The notes under the pieces: model-generated
Database searches by the model: none
Told to the model about the DNA's origin: nothing
The model's input: the letters and a program-made list of their open reading frames with translations, nothing else
Made by a program: the position numbers and the translations under genes
Source: Chiloscyllium plagiosum
Taxonomy: Eukaryota
Reading direction: 5' to 3'
NCBI RefSeq assembly: GCF_004010195.1
Contig: NC_057736.1
Coordinates: forward strand, 35,748,515-35,812,514
DNA length: 64,000 bases
Shown: piece by piece, positions 26,501 through 38,096 of the stretch
Layout of the letters: each line of letters begins with the position of its first letter
Numbering within the stretch: the first letter of the stretch is position 1

Positions 26501-27899
26501 AGTGGCATTCCAACTGGAAGTAACATCCCAATTGAGGCTAAGCTAGTGCTTTACTTAATTTCAATATTAACTAATATTAATATAAATCTTCTCAAAAACC
26601 TTAACTACTTAATTTTGTACACTATGCCTCTACTCGTAAAACCTAAAGTACTATATGTTTAATTAATCACTCTCAGCCTATCCTGTCACCATTTATGCAT
26701 ATATATACCCAGGTGTCTGTGCTCTTGAGCTCCCTAACTTGATGTTGTTACTCCCATGTTCTTCTTCCAAAACGAATTACCTCATATTTCCCCACATTAG
26801 AGTTCAACCACATGTCTGCCTAGTCTACTGACTTGCGTCCTATTGAAATTCTACTCTCCTCCTCCTAGTTCAGGCTTCCAAGTTTATAAACATCCACAAA
26901 TTTTGAAATTGAACCCTTTATGCCAAGTGAATTAAAAAAAACAATATTACCTATCTGGAGATGGTTGTGTATTAAGTTGTTAAAATTGTGCTACCATTAT
27001 TTTAGTTATGGAACTATCATATGTCATTGTAGTAAATGACTGAAACCTTTTTCCTTAACAGTTTATTTTTCATTTGTGTAAGTAATTTTCTTCTTCAGCT
27101 TGCCTAACTTATCTTAGACAAGCATGAGGTGGTTCTGCATTGCACAATCTCATACACTTTCAATTTATCTTGTGTGGTGCTTCCACCTTTTCCCAAACCT
27201 GTGCACTTCTTGTCTTCAACACTTTGCAGTCTTTGCTCATGGTTTGCTGGCAACATTAAATGATACTCTGTCAACTCACAATGTAATATAGGCCCTGATT
27301 ACAAGGTCTTTCTGATGATCAGCTATGTGAGGTTATTCTCCCAATACCACTGCCATTTTTTAGGTGACAAAAAGATGAACTGACTGTCAATTAAGTCATA
27401 AGCAGTACATTCCACCTGTATAACTGCTTCAGTCAGATACTGACTCGACTTTGCACACTAAAACCTGGCTCACAATATGACATCCACGAACAAAATAAAA
27501 ATGTTTTTTTTTCTAGTTCAGACTTTTTTTTCCTCTTCAGAGGCATGTTACCTCACTGTTGTTTTCTTTTGTTTGATCTGTACAAAAAGAAACAACGTTT
27601 GCCAATTCCATTGACGATCAGGGTTCTTAAGGATCATGGAGGCTGTATATAATCATTCCATCCTAGAAATCTCAGGAAAGCTGTTCCAGTTACTACACCA
27701 ATGCCTTGATGGCACCATCTTCACATCGGAGAAAGGAAGTGGAATTCTACATGTGTCTGCATTTTCTAATAATTTTTATCCCTCTGAAATTCTGGACTAA
27801 GTGGAGGCTATGAGACCTTGTTATGTACTATCATGTCAATACTGTCAAAGTTTCCTAAAAGCCTGATCTACTGTCCCGTTTCCGATTTCTTGATTAAAA

Positions 27900-29150
27900 C
27901 TAAACAGAAAATGCTAGAGAAACTCAGCAACTTTGGTAGAGAGAGACAGAGTTAATCTCTCAGAACCAAGGGCCTGGAAAATAGCTTTTAACAAGATGAG
28001 GTGGGGGTTGGGCATGGTGAGCAAAATATGAAGGCAGTGCTAATGGTGGTAAAGGAGAGATTAAGATATAAAGTAGGTGTTAATGGTAATTTTGAACAGG
28101 AGAAAATAGGTCAGCTCTGCTGAGAGCAGGGCCAGCAAAACATAAGCAAGACACAGGGAAGGGAGGGGATGTTGTAATCAAAATGAAACACGGTGTTCAT
28201 GCTCTGAAGCTGTTAAACTCAATGTTGAATGCTGAAGACTGTAAAGTGCCAAAGTGGAAAATGAGGTCCTGTTCCTCCACCTTGTGTTGAACTTTCTTGG
28301 AATGCTGATGCAGGCCGAGAATGGAAATGGGAATAAGATGATTCACTGAAATGGCAAGCAACTGGAATATCAGGGTCATCCTTACAGACAGAGCAAAGAT
28401 GATTGGTAAAGTGGTTACTCAGTCTCTATTTTGTCTTGCCAATTTAAACGGGATCACATTGTGAGAAGTGAATACAGTAGATTAGTTTGAAAGAAGCATA
28501 AATTAAATATTTCACTTGGAAAATGTGTTTGGGATCTTAGACAGTAAGAGAGTGGAGGCAAAGGGGCAAGTAATACCCATCTAATTTGCATGGGAAGGGG
28601 CCGTGGTAGTGGTATGGATGAATAATGGAGGAAACTCTTAGCGTAGTGAACCAGAATTCACAGAAGGAACAATCCCTGCAGAAAGTTCACAGTGTGGGAA
28701 GAGAAGATGAATTTGATCATACATCCAGCTAGAGGTAGTGGTAAGGGCAGAGAATATCCTCTAAATGTGGAGACTGGTGGTGTGCAAAGTGAAAACAAGG
28801 GGATCCCTATCATTGTCTGGGAGGGAGGGAGGGAAAGTGGTGCAGCAAATGGATAACATACATCTCAAGGCCCTGTCAACCATGGTGTGGGGCAATCCTA
28901 TCTCCAGAAATAAAATCAGTGAAGTCAAGAAAGGGAGGGGGAGAGTCAGAGATAGACCAGGTGAAGGTGAGAAAAGAACAAATGCTGGAAGCAAAACTGG
29001 TGAATGTTTCCAATTCTGAATGAGAGCAGGGAGTAGTCCTGATGACATTATCAATGTACCAGAGAAAGAGCTGGGGGAGGGAGCCTAAGTGGTTCTGGAT
29101 CAAGGAATGTTCCACATATTCCACAAAGAGATAGGCATAGAACATAGTTA
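27900..29150 (-). mobile_element. Decayed Penelope-like element (RT, GIY-YIG C-terminus and terminal repeat)
   Basis: LFLWYIDN (YIDD-type RT motif) in ORF 28876-29196; KVEEQDLIFHFGTLQ..FNIEFNSF C-terminus in ORF 28197-28379. Confidence 0.8.
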
Positions 29151-30339
29151 TTTGTAATAAGTAGTAATTCGTGGTAAGTTCAGAAAACTGCTCCATGTTT
29201 TATGTTAACTGAATCTATTAAACAGGTAAATTGGGGACTTTGTATACTTTGATAAAATTGTCAACTTTTGTGATGATTCTGGAAATAGTAGGCCTTGATT
29301 TCTAGCACAGACCCCAAGGTGGTGTGACATGTTGACAATTGAACAAAATAAAATGTACAAAACACAATCTCTTGGATAAAGTATGTTATACCTATGCTGC
29401 ATCTGTGAAAACAACTGCTTGCTGCCTGTTGTACTAACCAGTGAGGACATGGTAACAGTGTTGCCACATTTGAGGGACCATCATCCAGAGTTTGGGAACC
29501 ATTAAACTCCTCAGCTACAGCCTTCACAGGAAATGCTTTAGTCACTGGCAGGTGTCTGTACCTAAACCAAGAGTGACAGGTATTGTAGTAGCAGGGTGAA
29601 TGTCCTTTCATATATTCCTAAATTATCTATTACAAAGACATATAATGGGCTGCTTACATCCAATGCTTCAAATAAGTGTTGCAGAATTTTTCTGGTTTTG
29701 AACTCTATCCAATGTATTTAGCAGGGCATTTAATTTAGGAAAAATATTTGGCATATGTTTAAATTGCTGTTTCACAACAACATCCTGTGTTTATACAGAA
29801 CCTTCAACATAGAAAAATGTTCCAACTTGCCTTCTGTGTTTAACTCAGATAAGAATTAAAAGAAATCAACATTGTATTAGGCTTTCTATAGGCACTTGCT
29901 ATAGAACAGCAATTGCTTTTTGCATCATTCCAGTCAGCACATCTGTCAGAGGCTCCCAGAAATTCACTTTCAAATTAAAAGTCTTACTCATCAGTTTAAA
30001 TCTTTTTCTTGATTTGTCTGCCCTGTCTTTGGAAGTTATTTCCTGCCCTACACCAACTTCCCAATATAATTTTTCATTCCTCCATCTTTGCTCGTTCCTT
30101 CCTTCCACTTATCATTGTCAGTTGGTGAGGGCTTGCATTGCTGGAATTCCTTCTCTAAACTCTTCCATATCCTTCTCTTCCTTTGGATTTTTTTTTAACA
30201 ATCCAGCAGTTTGACAGATACTTTGGTTACTTATTTGGTTTACCATTAATATTTTTTCTCCTGTTATGCCTCCGTGCACAGTCTTCTTCATGAAAGGTTC
30301 TGTATGAACGGAGGAGGTCGTTATCAGACAGCAATTTAT

Positions 30340-30712
30340 AAAGTCATGGAGGCATACAGGACAGAAACAGGCCCTTTGGCCCAACTCGTCCATATTGATC
30401 AGGTTTCCTAAATTAAACTAGTTCTATTTGCTTGCATTTGGCCCATGTGTCTCTAACCCTCTCCTATCCATGTACCTATCAAAATGTCTTTTAAATCTAA
30501 TTGTACCAACCTCTACCACTTCCTCTGGCAGCTCATTCCATACACACACCATCCTCTGTGTGGAAAAGTTGCCCCTCAGGTACCTTTTAAACTTTTCCCC
30601 TCACCTTAAACCTATGCCCTCTAATTTTGGACTTCCTACTGTGGGGGAAAAGAACTTGGCTATTCACCTCTCAGCCTCCTACACTCCAGGGAAAAACATC
30701 CCAGTCTATCCA
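30340..30712 (-). mobile_element. CR1 3' fragment
   Basis: Homologous to 8653-9060. Confidence 0.85.
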
Positions 30713-31099
30713 AGCCACAGAAATTGCAGGCAACTTGAGAATCTATGAATCAATTTAAAAACCTATTCTATCTAGGGGTGCTTCACTACACACCATCAGC
30801 ATTTATATCTACGATATATATTACGTGCCAGATGTATTACCCTGAGAGATTTTTGGTGTCTTAGTTTATAATGGAGGGATTGAGGGCCTTCCAGATAGAA
30901 ATTTTTGCCCTTTGACTCTTTTGTGTGTTTCTGTATGCTGTCCTGAACCTGAACGTCCAGTTTACAACACAGTGACCAATTGTCCTGAATATTATTGGAT
31001 CGTACAACACAGGAGGAGGTTGTCCCATGTCGTGGATTGTTTGTTGTCAGAGCGACCTTTATCCTGTATTTTTGATCTTTAATTGTTGTGCATGACAGG

Positions 31100-33112
31100 G
31101 ACAGACAGCATGGTTTTTGTGTGGGGAAAATCGTGTCTCACAAACTTCATTGTGTTTTGAGGAAGTTACCAAAAAGATTGATCATGGCACAGCACTAGAC
31201 CTTGTTTATTTGGATTTTAGTAAAGCCTTCCAACAAGTTTCCACATGGTAAACTGATTAGTAAAGTTAGGTCACATGGGATTCAGGGTACATAATTGGCT
31301 TAACAGCAGGATACAGAGAATGGTGGTGGAGGATTGCTTTTGGTACTGGAGGTCTGTTACTAGCAGTGTTCAGTAGGGATCGGTTCTGGGTCCTCTTTTG
31401 TTTGTCATTTATCTAAATGACTTGGATGAGAATATGGAAGGTACAGTTGCTAAGTTTGCGGATGACACTAAATTGGTGGAATTGTTGATAGTGAAGAAGC
31501 TTTACTGAGATTACAAAGGGATCTTGATCAAATGGTACAATTAATGGGAGGGCCTTGGGTGGTGTTGTCGAAGAGGGATCAAGGGGGTGCAGACACATAA
31601 TTCTTTGAAATTTGCTTCAAGCTGGTTTGCTTGAAATATGCTTCAAATATGTCCAAGCTGGTTAAAAAGGCATTTGGCATGCTTGCCTTCATTGCTCAGT
31701 CCTCTGCGTAAACGGGTTGGGAATTCATTTGAGGTTGTACAGGACATTGGTGAGGCCTCTTCTGGACTATGTGTCCACTTTCATTGCCCAGTTAAGATGG
31801 AGAAGGTTCTGAAGAGATTTCTCAGAATGTTGCCGGGTATGAAGGTTTGAGTTATAAAGAAAGCCTGGATAGGCTGTGACGTTTTTCACTTTGGTAAGGT
31901 CCTAGGGAGTGTTGCTGAACAAAGCGACCTTGGAGTCGCAGGTAGATAGGATAGTGAAGAAGGTGTTTGGTATGTTTTCTTTTATTGGTCAGAATATTGA
32001 GTACAGGAGTTGGGAGGTCATGTTGCGGCTGTACAGGACATTGGTTAGGCCACAGTTGGAATATTTTGTGCAATTCTGGTCTCCTTCCTATCAGAAAGAT
32101 GTTGTGAAACTTGAAAGGGTTCAGAAAAGATTTATAATGATGTTGCCAGGGTTTGAGGATTTGAGCTATAGGGAGAGGCTGAACAGGCTGGAGCTGTTTT
32201 CCTTGGAGCGTCGGATGCTAAGGGGTGACCTTATAGAGGTTTACAAAATTGAGTGACATGGATAGGGTAAATAAGCAAAGTCTTTCTTTTCCCTGGGGTC
32301 GGGGAGTCCAGAACGAGAGTCTCCTTCCTATCGGAAAGATGTTGTGAAACTTGAAAGGGTTCAGAAAAGATTTATAATGATGTTGCCAGGATTTGAGCTA
32401 TAGGGAGAGGCTGAACAGGCTGGAGCTGTTTTCCTTGGAGCGTCGGATGCTAAGGGGTGACCTTATAGAGGTTTACAAAATTGAGTGACATGGATAGGGT
32501 AAATAAGCAAAGTCTTTCTTTTCCCTGGGGTCGGGGAGTCCAGAACGAGAGGGCATAGGATTATGGTGAGTGGGGAAAGATATAAAAGAGACCTAAGGGG
32601 AAACTTTTTCACAGAGTGGTACGGGTATGGAATGAGCTGCCAGAGGAAGTGGTGGAGGCTGGTACAATTGCAACATTTAAGAGGCATTTGGATGGGTATA
32701 TGAATAGGAAGGATTTGGGGATGCTGGCAGGTGGGACTAAATTGGGTTGGTATGGACAGGTTGGACCGAAGGGTTTGTTTCCATGCTATACATCTCTATG
32801 ACTCTGATTTGAGCATAGGAGCTTGAGAGCCAAAATGATACAGTGAGAGGTATAGATAGAGTTGATAGTAGTTATCTTTTCCTTTAGGTGAGGGATTCCA
32901 AGACTAGGGGGCACATTTTTAAGATGCGAGATTTTAAAAAGACATGACAGGCAAATGTTTTACAAAGAGGGTGATTCACATGTGGAGTGAACTTCCTGAG
33001 GAAGTGGTGGATGTGGATACAATTGCAACATTTAAAAGACATTTGGATAGGTAAACAAATTGGAAAGGTTTGGAGGAACATGGGCCAGGAGCAGGCAGGT
33101 ATGGTTGACATG
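31100..33112 (+). mobile_element. Nested CR1 RT fragments with an internal tandem duplication
   Basis: QHGF, LDFSKAF and KFADDTK motifs; younger insert at about 31893-32805. Confidence 0.9.
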
Positions 33113-33783
33113 GATTGGTTGGTAATGTACCTCCCACTGGCTCACCAACATCTCCCAGCCCAGACGAATAGTCAACTATGCCAAAATGTCCCTTCTCTCT
33201 GCCCCCAAAGTTGCATCCCCCGCGCCCCCCATTATGTACATAGTAATTAGGAACAAAAGCCATTTGTCCCCCTAAACCTGCTTTGCCATTCAATATAACG
33301 TCTGAACTAATTGTGGCCTCAACTCCTCCGTTACGTCTAACTCCCCCTCCCAATAACCTTTGCCTTGCTGGATAAGAACCTACCTCTGCCTCAAAAATAT
33401 TCAGTGAACCCACCTCCACCATGCAAGAGACTGTCAATGGCATTTGACCTTCTGACAGACAAATAAACTCGTTTCATCTCCAACTTGAAATGGGATGCTC
33501 CGTAATTCTGGTCTAATTCCAACCGAGCCCATCAGCACCTCTTGCCTAACGGCTTTGAGAGAGCAGCAGGAGCATTGGGGAGAGGAAAGAACCAAAAATA
33601 AATAAAAATAAGGAAACCTCAGCAGCATCTTTGGAGTAGGATATTATTGAGAGAGGTGACGAAGTGACTGCTCAATCTAATATTGGGGAGGAGGGAGTTG
33701 GGATAAAGTCACTCTACAGTTGGCTACCCAAGAATGGAGCTCAGAGCCTGAGCTGGCTGACCTCTCACCTCTGCTGCGTGCCC

Positions 33784-33792
33784 CCGGAAGTG
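33784..33792 (+). promoter_or_regulatory. ETS/GABP motif CCGGAAGTG in the SNIP1 CpG-island promoter
   Basis: About 55 bp upstream of the ATG, in the CpG-rich region 33770-34110. Confidence 0.6.
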
Positions 33793-33844
33793 TTCTATGA
33801 GCTGGCCGGCGGTGTTGTTCCGGGTCGGCGTCACTGCCGGGAAG

Positions 33845-34044
33845 ATGGAGGCTCAGGGCCGACGCAGGGCCTGGCACAGCCCCGAGCCTGAGTACCGGCC
33901 CGGGCACCACCGACTGAGGATCAAAAGAGAGGGGGCGGCAGGGCCCAAGCACCGGCCCTCGAGTTCGGGCTCCTCCGGGGGCAGCGTCTCTCCTCCTGGG
34001 CACTGGCAGAGCCGCTCCCCGGCCCGGCGGAAGCCGGCACCCGA

Positions 34045-34075
<31 letters not shown>

Positions 34076-34111
34076 CAACCACATTCACGGGCCGGGGGCA
34101 AGTGGAAGCGG
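33845..34111 (+). CDS. SNIP1: SNIP1 coding exon 1 (MEAQGRRR...polyQ...GGKWKR)
   Basis: aagATGg Kozak context; CpG island; gtgagt donor; phase 0 joins in frame to 35128. Confidence 0.88.
34046..34078 (+). repeat. (CAG)7(CAA)4 encoding Q11
   Basis: Read directly from the sequence. Confidence 0.97.
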
Positions 34112-34694
34112 GTGAGTCACCCAGTATTAATAATAAAACACTCCTCTTCATCACAGCAGCAGCAACATCAGCCTGAATCCAGCCACCTCTGTAACTGTGG
34201 AGGGGGGATTTAACACTCACATCAGATCACACTGTAATGTCATTGCTGAAGGAGAGTGGGTCAGGGTGAAAACTCAATTCCTTAAGGAGCACTTAATACC
34301 AGGAAGGAGGGGAACTTGGTGCAACAGGGAGGCAGGGGAAGGATGATTTTTTTCAAAATGTCCCTTTAAAGTGCATGAGGAATTGTTATCAGCAGCAGAA
34401 GGGGCCTGACTGAGATAGCACAGGCTCAAAGGCGATCGGAGAAGGAACCAAGTGCAAATTTGCTGTTACCCTGCGAGATCTTATACTCTGGAAAGCATTT
34501 CTGAAATGGTGGCAGAAACATATTCACAGTTCATTTTCACAGGGAAGTGGAATGATTTGACAAGGACAAGAGTCACTGTGGTCAGTGAGTAGGACTAATT
34601 GGATAGTTCACTGAAGGTGCTATCTGGCTGACTGGTTAAATTCTGTTCTTCACATATTTAGTTCACATATTTCAGGAATAAATTAATTTTGTTA

Positions 34695-35015
34695 CATAGC
34701 TGCCTCTGTGCCAGTGATCCAGGTTCGATTCTGGCCTTGGGCGACAGGTCTGTGTAGAATTTCCCCTTTCTCCCCTTCTGGTGCTCTGTTTTCCTCCCAC
34801 AATCCAAATGTGCAGGTTAGGTGGATTGGCCATGCTAATTCTCCCCACAGTATCCAAGGATGTTTAGGCTAGGTGGATTGGTCATGGTAAATGCAAGGTT
34901 ATGCAGACAGGATGGAAGGTCGATGTGTGTGGGTCTCCAGCTCTTCGGAAAGTTGGTGCAGACTCGATGGGCTGAATGGCCTCTATCTGCACTGTAGGAT
35001 TTTATAATTCTATGA
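34695..35015 (+). mobile_element. Degenerate HE1-like SINE
   Basis: B box GGTTCGATTC; body homologous to the reverse complement of 259-580. Confidence 0.75.
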
Positions 35016-35127
35016 TGAAACAATAATCTCTACTGGTTGCCATGTGAGGTTTTTTTTTTAACCAATTGTCTGTCAATTTCTGGCTGTGTCATGACTTGCG
35101 AAATTAGATTTTTCTCATTGCGTTCAG

Positions 35128-35735
35128 GAACGGCATGACCATTCGCAACGGGATCATGCTGAGAGACGACACAGAGACCACTCCGATAGAAATGGACACC
35201 GGCGCAAGAAGAACAGTGACCGAGAGCGACACAGAGAATGTTCAGACCGGGGGCGAGGCCACAACAAAAGGAATGGCAGCTCTCACACAGAAGCTGGCGT
35301 GAGTGGCCGAGACAGGGAGGCTCAGCTCCTCAGCACCCAGCAGGCCGAGCGAGAGTATTACAATGAGAGAAGGCGTCAAAACCGTAATCAGTGCCCCCTG
35401 CTCAATGATAAGAATCCTGCCTCTGAGTCAAATGACAGCCAGGTTCCTAGTGGCAATGCAGCCCAAGTGAAAGAGGAGCCAAATTTTGAGCTGTCTGGTG
35501 CCCTCGTGGAAGACACAAACACCTTTCGTGGAGTGGTGATAAAATACTGTGAACCACCCGAGTCCCGGATCCCAAGGAAACGATGGCGTCTTTACCCATT
35601 CAAGAATGATGAACCACTTCCAGTCATGCACATTCATCGTCAGAGTGCCTATCTCTTGGGTCGACAGCGTAGGGTAGTGGATATCCCAATTGACCATCCT
35701 TCCTGCTCCAAGCAACATGCAGTGCTACAATACAG
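35128..35735 (+). CDS. SNIP1: SNIP1 coding exon 2 (ERHDH...EPNFELSGAL...WRLYPFKND...SCSKQHAVLQYR)
   Basis: 608 nt; FHA-domain motifs GR, DHPSCSKQHA; AG/GT boundaries. Confidence 0.97.
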
Positions 35736-35816
35736 GTTGGTGTTTAAAAAGCTGTTAATGTAAGATTGTGAGGAGTGGGGCTAAACTGGATTGCTATGTG
35801 GGCTCTAGCGTGGACA

Positions 35817-36065
35817 GGGTGAAAGTGAGTACTGCAGATGCTGGAGATCAGAGTCAAGATTAGAGTGGTGCTGGAAAAGGACAGGAGGTCAGGCAACATC
35901 CGAGGAGCAGGAAAATCGACGTTTCGGGCAAAGGTCCTTCCTGATGAAGTGCTCATGCCCGAAACGTCGATTCTCTTGCTCCTTGGATGCTGCCTGACCT
36001 GCTGCACTTTTCCAGCAACACATTTTCAGCTCTGATCTCCAGCATCTGCAGTCCTCACTTTCTCC
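35817..36065. mobile_element. Palindromic Penelope-like insertion (family B) in SNIP1 intron 2
   Basis: Inverted arms; imperfect TSD agcgtggaca / agcatggaca; CTGATGA...GAAACGTC at 35941-35968. Confidence 0.85.
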
Positions 36066-37837
36066 AGCATGGACAAATTGATTGAATGGCTCCCTGTGCC
36101 GTAAATGACTAAATCTAACTGGGACTTTGCATTGATCTGATATCAGTCGATCTGATGCAAATCCCTTTGGATTTCCTGGTTGTTACCCGTCCCCCATTTT
36201 ATCAGTCACCTTCTATTCGCTGTCCAAGGTTCTCTCTCCCACTTTCTGTTATAGGAAATAGAGAGATTGCAAAATGATTTTTCTTTTTCTCAATGGACAG
36301 CAGTTACTATAGTACAGTCTTTCCATGAAAAGCAGTTAGTTATATTAAAAAACTACTTAAAAAAAACCTAAACAAACATCCAATTAAGAACTGAGCTCAT
36401 GATCACAGTGATAGTTTCCTTACTGAGCAATAACTGTAAAGGGCTTGATGTTTCCTTGGGATAGAGAAACTGGACTCTTGGGCTCTTGATATTCTGGAAC
36501 TAACGAATGAACTTACATTTCCGAGTCACCCTGAGTCACTGCATAGCATTTTATAATCAATACAGTAGTTTTGAAATGTAGCTACTGTTGTATTTTCGTA
36601 AATGTGACAGCAGTTTTATTTATGGATTTAACAAGTACACTTTTAGTGATGGAGCAGTGAATGGGAAGCAGGCAATGTTTATCAAAATGTTTGGCTTGGG
36701 GCATTAAATGAATGGAAGTGGTTTGTGAGTGAGTAGATTTTACATACTATGATAATTTTGGGTTTGACAGACCATAGCTTTTGTCCAATTCCACAGTCCA
36801 GTACAAAAGTGGTTGTTTTAGCAGTCTGTTACCCTATTTTTATTTCTCTAAATCCCCTTTTGAAAGCATCTCCATCACCCTTTGGTACTTTGAGAGAAAT
36901 ACTTAGGTGTAATAGTTAAAATGTATGGTTTCAAGGTGCATGTGTCAATGATCTGATTTTATTTAGCTAGATTGAGCAAAGTTAATGGGTAGCTTTGCAT
37001 TACACTTTGTGCTGTGATCACTTTTACCAAGATTAAATTTATTCAGTCAATTGCTTCTAGTTCTTTATGTTAATTCTTCAAGATGGTTTTTTTTTTATCA
37101 TAGTTATTAGGGTGCTGAAGGAGGCCATTTGTCCTCTTGAGTACATGCTGGTTCTCTGTAGATCAGTTTGATTCACCCTACTTTCCTTCTGTCATCTTGT
37201 AAGCATATTTCCCTCTAACACCATTCAACATTGACACATCCTGTGCAGCTATATTTTGCTAGGAGAAATTTTGGAGGTTGTCTTCAGCTACGGAAGTGTT
37301 TTTGTCATTTGCTGCTTTCATCGAATTCGGGTGCATTTAGGGTTCCTGTTTCAGTCAAGGAGACATTCCAGTCTCTGACAGTGCTGCTGAAACCTGCCTG
37401 CATGCAGGTGAATACAGACAGCACAAAGTTACTTTATTGCAAGTTCTTTTCTCCTTTCCTTCCACATGTTTTTGCCCTCCTCTCTTGTATGGACTAACAG
37501 TCTCCCTCCCACAGTAGCTTTTAAAAAATATCATAGTTTATTGTAGCTATCTCTGATGCCTGGATATGCCTATTAATACTGTTAGTTGAGGGACCTGGGA
37601 GCCTCATTGGGTCTTCATTTCGGTGGTCAAGGATAAAGCTACACTTTGCATCTCACTGGGTCTTTCTTGTGGTGTAACTTTGGGTTGAGATTGTTAGCTC
37701 CTTTTAACTTGCATTTAGTAAAAGCTCTGTATAGTTCTTCCTATTTTCACGAGACTGGAGTAGAAATTACAAAACCTTATATCATTGTATCGCAGGTGGT
37801 ATGCAGAATAACATGCTTTTTGTTTTGCCCCCTGCAG

Positions 37838-38096
37838 ACTTGTGGAGTTCACACGGAATGATGGCACACCTGGCAGGAGGGTGAGACCGTACATCATCGA
37901 CCTGGGTTCGGCCAATGGCACATACCTTAACAATCAGCGCATTGAGTCACAGCGATATTATGAACTCAAAGAAAAGGATCTGCTGAAATTTGGCTTCAGC
38001 AGCAGGGAGTACGTCATTCTACATGAATTCTCGGATACTGCTGAGGTGGATGCAAAAGAAGGGCAGCATGATGAGGATGAGGAAGTTGAAAGTTAA
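37838..38096 (+). CDS. SNIP1: SNIP1 last coding exon (LVEFTR...YIIDLGSANGTYLN...FGFSSREYV...EVES*)
   Basis: ctgcag acceptor; FHA C-terminal half; TAA stop; total CDS 1134 nt. Confidence 0.97.

Noticed and set aside
33677-34084. Minus-strand ORF with a signal-peptide-like poly-Leu start
   Set aside because: Antisense reading of the SNIP1 CAG/CAA repeat in a GC-rich exon
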